A stretch of 64,000 nt of DNA from Candidatus Poribacteria bacterium (GTDB lineage Bacteria; Poribacteria; WGA-4E; PCPOR2b). Below are positions 59,987-64,000 of this stretch, piece after piece. The notes under the pieces are model-generated. The model was not told where the DNA came from. It saw only the letters and a program-made list of their open reading frames with translations, and did not search any database. Positions within the stretch are counted from its first letter, which is position 1. Each line of letters begins with the position of its first letter. The DNA is taken from the NCBI GenBank assembly GCA_965116925.1, contig OZ220744.1, positions 2,368,001-2,432,000 of the forward strand. The letters run 5' to 3'. The position numbers and the translations under genes are program-made.

Positions 59987-60644
59987 TAAATGACTCTAAC
60001 GCTCAGGTTTTTTGGTTTACAGAGACCTTGAGTCATGCTATAATAACCACAGTTGCTGCTTCCGATACTGAAGGTTGAATAGGGGCTTATTTGCCTAGCA
60101 AACCCTCGTTATTTTTTCTATGGGAACGTGACTGAAAAGTTCGGTTTCTCTTGTGAATACGCAACTTAGGTTGTTATCATCGTAGACAAATGCAGTACTT
60201 TAACCCGCTGCGATTGTAGAGCAACTTGTGTGCCATGCCTTTATTAACAATGAGGAACGCTGTCAGAATGATCGGGAGATCCCTCGAACCGTCGAATTTT
60301 ATCGTCAGATCCGAATAGGTATCGTTACACACAACATACCCATGAAGTTAAGGGTATTGTTGTGGATTGACACCCCATCCGGCTCATTGACACCTCTGGA
60401 ACAATCTAGCCGTAACTACCCAGAAATCGGGCGCATCTCACTTGTACATGATTTGAAAATTGCCCAATACCGTGCGAACCAGTTGGTGTCTTTAACCTTA
60501 AGTGTGCAAAGTACAGATTAGATGACTGCTAGAGGGGTATGACTCGCGCCCGATGTCTGATTAGGGTCTATCAGTCTATATCCCCCAAGATCTGTAAATC
60601 CCATAGTGAATGAGTCGATTTGCTATCTTAATCGATAAGATTTA

Positions 60645-60743
60645 TGGTGAACACCAAAAATAAATAGACACTTTCACCCTCCGGTAGGTGCGTTTTCCTA
60701 ACCGCACCGGCTTGGAGCGTCCCATTAATTCTAAGATCTACTA
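60645..60743. mobile_element. MITE family B copy immediately upstream of ribBA
   Basis: TA-TGGTGAAC..TAGACACTTT and TTCTAAGATCTACTA-TA. Confidence 0.7.
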
Positions 60744-60761
60744 TAAATGAAGGCATCATCT

Positions 60762-62021
60762 ATGAAGTTTAACACAATTCCAGAAGCAATTGAGGCGATA
60801 CGGAATGGAGAGCTAATTATTGTCTCCGACGATCCGGATCGGGAGAATGAAGGCGATTTAATCATGGCAGCGGAGAAAGCCACGCCGGAGGCGATTAATT
60901 TCATGGCGAAGTACGGGCGTGGTATGATTTGTCTTCCTGCCACCGCGGAGCGGTTGTCAGAGTTGAATCTTCCGTTGATGGTCTCGGAAAACACCGCACA
61001 GCTGCATACAGCGTTTACGGTAACAATTGATGCCAGCGATGTGACCACCGGCATCTCCGCCTACGAGCGGGCACATACGATTCAAAAGTTTGTCCAGCCA
61101 GAGACGACAGCGGAGGATTTCGTCCGTCCGGGCCATATCTTCCCGCTGCAAGCAAAGGAGGGCGGGGTTTTGCGGCGTGCCGGTCATACGGAGGCGACGG
61201 TTGATTTGGCGCGCCTGGCGGGACTCTATCCGGCGGGGGTTCTCTGCGAAATCTTGAACGAAGATGGTACAATGGCGCGGCTGCCGCAGCTTTTTGAGTT
61301 CGCTGAAAAGTATGGCCTAAAGTTTATCACTATTGCGGATCTAATCGCTTACCGACGGCAAACGGAGACGCTTATCAAACGGGTTGCCGAGGCGGATCTC
61401 CAGACGAGGCACGGCTACTTCAGGCTCCATTCCTACCAAAGTGCTGACGATGATAAAACTCACATTGCATTGATCAAAGGAGACATTTCGGACGGTGAGC
61501 CGGTGCTAGTGCGGATGCACTCGCAATGTTTCACCGGGGACGTGTTCGGTTCGCTTCGATGCGACTGTGGCGAGCAGTTGGAGAAAGCAATGCAACTGAT
61601 CCAGAAGGAGGGGCGGGGTGTCTTAGTCTATATGCGTCAGGAGGGACGGGGCATGGGACTCGGCAACAAGATTCGCGCCTACCGGTTGCAGGACAGCGAG
61701 GGGCTTGACACCGTTGAAGCGAATGAGCGACTTGGTTTCCCCCCAGATTTGCGGGATTACGGCGTGGGTGCCCAGATTTTGACAGACCTCGGTGTGGAGA
61801 AGATGCGTCTGTTGACGAACAATCCGCGTAAGGTGAGTGGTCTTGAGGGGCATAGTCTTGAGATTGTCGAGCGGATTCCGCTGCAAACGAGGCCCCATGA
61901 GTTTAACCGTCATTATTTGGAAACGAAGAAAACGAAGCTAGGGCATCTGTTGTTAGATACTATCAACGAGGAGAAGGAGGAGACGGTGCACGGTTATGAT
62001 GGCCTGATGGTTCAGGGTTAG
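60762..62021 (+). CDS. ribBA: Bifunctional DHBP synthase / GTP cyclohydrolase II
   Basis: [33 protein letters not shown]. Confidence 0.97.
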   Translation: MKFNTIPEAIEAIRNGELIIVSDDPDRENEGDLIMAAEKATPEAINFMAKYGRGMICLPATAERLSELNLPLMVSENTAQLHTAFTVTIDASDVTTGISAYERAHTIQKFVQPETTAEDFVRPGHIFPLQAKEGGVLRRAGHTEATVDLARLAGLYPAGVLCEILNEDGTMARLPQLFEFAEKYGLKFITIADLIAYRRQTETLIKRVAEADLQTRHGYFRLHSYQSADDDKTHIALIKGDISDGEPVLVRMHSQCFTGDVFGSLRCDCGEQLEKAMQLIQKEGRGVLVYMRQEGRGMGLGNKIRAYRLQDSEGLDTVEANERLGFPPDLRDYGVGAQILTDLGVEKMRLLTNNPRKVSGLEGHSLEIVERIPLQTRPHEFNRHYLETKKTKLGHLLLDTINEEKEETVHGYDGLMVQG

Positions 62022-62041
62022 ACCACCTGCACTAAGGAACA

Positions 62042-62512
62042 ATGCCAAATATCTACGAAGGCAATCTTATCGGTACGGATCTGAAAATTGGGATTGTGGT
62101 CAGTCGGTTTAATAGTTTTATTACCACCAAATTGTTGGATGGGGCATGTGACGCGCTTAAACGCCACGGTGTGAACGAGGACGATGTGGACATCTGCTGG
62201 ACGCCCGGTTCGTTTGAGATCCCCACTACGGCAAAGCGGCTCGCTGATAAGGGGCGATATGATGCGGTTATCTGTATCGGTGCGGTGATTCGTGGTGCAA
62301 CACCGCACTTCGACTTTGTCGCCAACGAAAGCGCGAAAGGAATCGCACAGGTTTCTTTGAATACAGGGATCCCGGTGATTTATGGCGTTATCACTACTGA
62401 TACGATTGAGCAGGCGATTGAACGCGCTGGCACGAAGGCGGGGAATAAAGGGGCAGAAGCGGCGGTCACTGCGATTGAGATGGCGAACCTGTATCGGCAG
62501 ATTGACGGATAG
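62042..62512 (+). CDS. ribH: 6,7-dimethyl-8-ribityllumazine synthase
   Basis: [28 protein letters not shown]. Confidence 0.97.
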   Translation: MPNIYEGNLIGTDLKIGIVVSRFNSFITTKLLDGACDALKRHGVNEDDVDICWTPGSFEIPTTAKRLADKGRYDAVICIGAVIRGATPHFDFVANESAKGIAQVSLNTGIPVIYGVITTDTIEQAIERAGTKAGNKGAEAAVTAIEMANLYRQIDG

Positions 62513-62537
62513 AGGGATTGATAGGCACTTTAAGCTT

Positions 62538-63389
62538 ATGGCAGCCTTAGAAGAAATCAAAATTGGTAATGGGCGGATTATCAAAGGGGATTGTCTCTCA
62601 GTCATGGATAATTTCCCCGACAACCATTTTATGCTTGGGTTCACCTCGCCTCCCTACCTAAACGCGATTAATTATGAGGAGCATATTGAAAAGCTGCACG
62701 GGGCCAAGGCACGATGGGAACGAGAAGATATATCCTACGAGGAATATCGGCTTTTTCTGGAGAATCGGTTCAAGGCATTGCTGCGAATTACAAAGCCGGG
62801 AGGACACAATGTGGTAAATATTGCCCCGGTCCTATGGAATGGTACGCGGACTGCGCTCCCGTTTCATTTTGTCAGTTGGCTTGAGGATATTGGCTGGCAA
62901 TTCAAGGAGGATATTATCTGGGAAAAGCCGGTTGCGAGGGATCGGCGATCAGGAGTTTTGTTACAGCATCCCTATCCCGGATATTATTATCCTAGTTTGG
63001 TTGCCGAATATGTATTTGTCTTCCAGAAACCTGCCGATAAGAAAAGTCAGAACAACATTTATTGGGATAGAAGTAATGAAGAGAAGACAAAAAATGAGAT
63101 TGACCTGAAGGATTATCAAGGCGAGAAAAGCAAAAACGTCTGGAAAATCCGTCCATTAGCTCCTCAAGAAAATCTGCATCCGTGTCCATTTCCATTAGAA
63201 CTTGCGGAACGGGTCATCCAGTTTTACTCTTATAGGGGAGATTCGGTGATTGACATTTTTGCTGGAAGTGGACAGACAAATTGTGCTGCTGAAAAATTGG
63301 GCAGAGCGCATGTCGGCATTGAAACGCAACAAAAATATATAGATTATGCGCTTGAACAGTATCATCAAATTTTGAACAGCGAGACATAG
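62538..63389 (+). CDS. Site-specific DNA methyltransferase, beta class, N4-cytosine type
   Basis: TSPPY catalytic motif, HPCPFP, DIFAGSG. Confidence 0.9.
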   Translation: MAALEEIKIGNGRIIKGDCLSVMDNFPDNHFMLGFTSPPYLNAINYEEHIEKLHGAKARWEREDISYEEYRLFLENRFKALLRITKPGGHNVVNIAPVLWNGTRTALPFHFVSWLEDIGWQFKEDIIWEKPVARDRRSGVLLQHPYPGYYYPSLVAEYVFVFQKPADKKSQNNIYWDRSNEEKTKNEIDLKDYQGEKSKNVWKIRPLAPQENLHPCPFPLELAERVIQFYSYRGDSVIDIFAGSGQTNCAAEKLGRAHVGIETQQKYIDYALEQYHQILNSET

Positions 63390-63390
63390 A

Positions 63391-64000
63391 ATGAAAGCAA
63401 CTGTGCTGCATGGAGATTGCGCCTTGCTATTAGACCAACAGAACATCCCTTTTGGGCATGTTGATCTCACCTTTCTCGATCCACCTTTTAATCAAGATAA
63501 AGGCTACAACGAGTGGGATGATAACTTGCCTGAAGCGCAGTATTGGAAGTGGATGGGCGATGTGTGCACGAAGATTTACGACCGAACTGCTTCGGGTGGC
63601 GCAATCTATTTTATGCAGCGCGAGAAGAAAACCGAGGCTGTGCTACGGTGTTTACGCGAGTCTGGGTGGACGTTTCAAAACCTGATTATTTGGAAAAAGA
63701 AAACGTCCGCTGTCCCCGGGATGAATCGTTTTGGCAAACATTACCAGATCATCGCCTTTGCAACGAAAGGGGAGCGTCCACGGGTATTTCATCGTTTACG
63801 AATCAATCCACCACTCCCTGCGGGCTACAAATATGAACGGGAAAACGGCATGTTCGTCACCGATGTGTGGGACGATATTCGTGAGTTGACATCGGGCTAT
63901 TTTGCCGGAGATGAGGCACTGCGGGATACAGAGGGCAATCGCTTGCACAAGCAACAGACACCGATTCAACTGCTCCTTCGGATAATCCTCTCTTCCACAA
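63391..64000 (+). CDS. Second site-specific DNA methyltransferase (DPPF), truncated by the window edge; not in ORF track
   Basis: Manual translation MKATVLHGDC...FLDPPFNQ...NLIIWKK...TDVWDDI...HKQQTP. Confidence 0.88.
   Translation, partial: MKATVLHGDCALLLDQQNIPFGHVDLTFLDPPFNQDKGYNEWDDNLPEAQYWKWMGDVCTKIYDRTASGGAIYFMQREKKTEAVLRCLRESGWTFQNLIIWKKKTSAVPGMNRFGKHYQIIAFATKGERPRVFHRLRINPPLPAGYKYERENGMFVTDVWDDIRELTSGYFAGDEALRDTEGNRLHKQQTPIQLLLRIILSST

Overview
Gene-dense bacterial chromosome window. Its content strongly resembles Candidatus Poribacteria (inference): four PhyH dioxygenases, two Gfo/Idh/MocA and two Ldh_2 oxidoreductases, internalin-like LRR proteins with a YPNPFNPETWIPY C-terminal domain, and ASPIC/UnbV proteins. 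Recognisable modules are mutL; selA-selB-selC (tRNA-Sec) followed directly by a BrnT/BrnA pair; a urea locus (two porin-like genes with identical sigma54-type promoters, urtABCDE, ureD, ureABC); rpsT; mtaB; murQ; a riboflavin cluster (ribE, ribBA, ribH) interleaved with two LRR paralogues; and two tandem DNA methyltransferases at the right edge. The most striking unexplained structure is intergenic. At least two families of miniature inverted-repeat elements occur, one with 8-bp target duplications and one with TA duplications. Their conserved ends enclose interchangeable REP-like hairpin cores and are sometimes nested. One is caught inserted in a pseudogene. Other notable items are LRR paralogues with a hypervariable binding face, an 8-knuckle zinc-ribbon protein, a hydantoinase B coupled to a small Cys4 protein, a probable CTG/ACG start codon, and small ORFs missing from the ORF track. 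No CRISPR array, rRNA or transposase gene was seen. All family calls come from motif recognition by eye, not from database searches.
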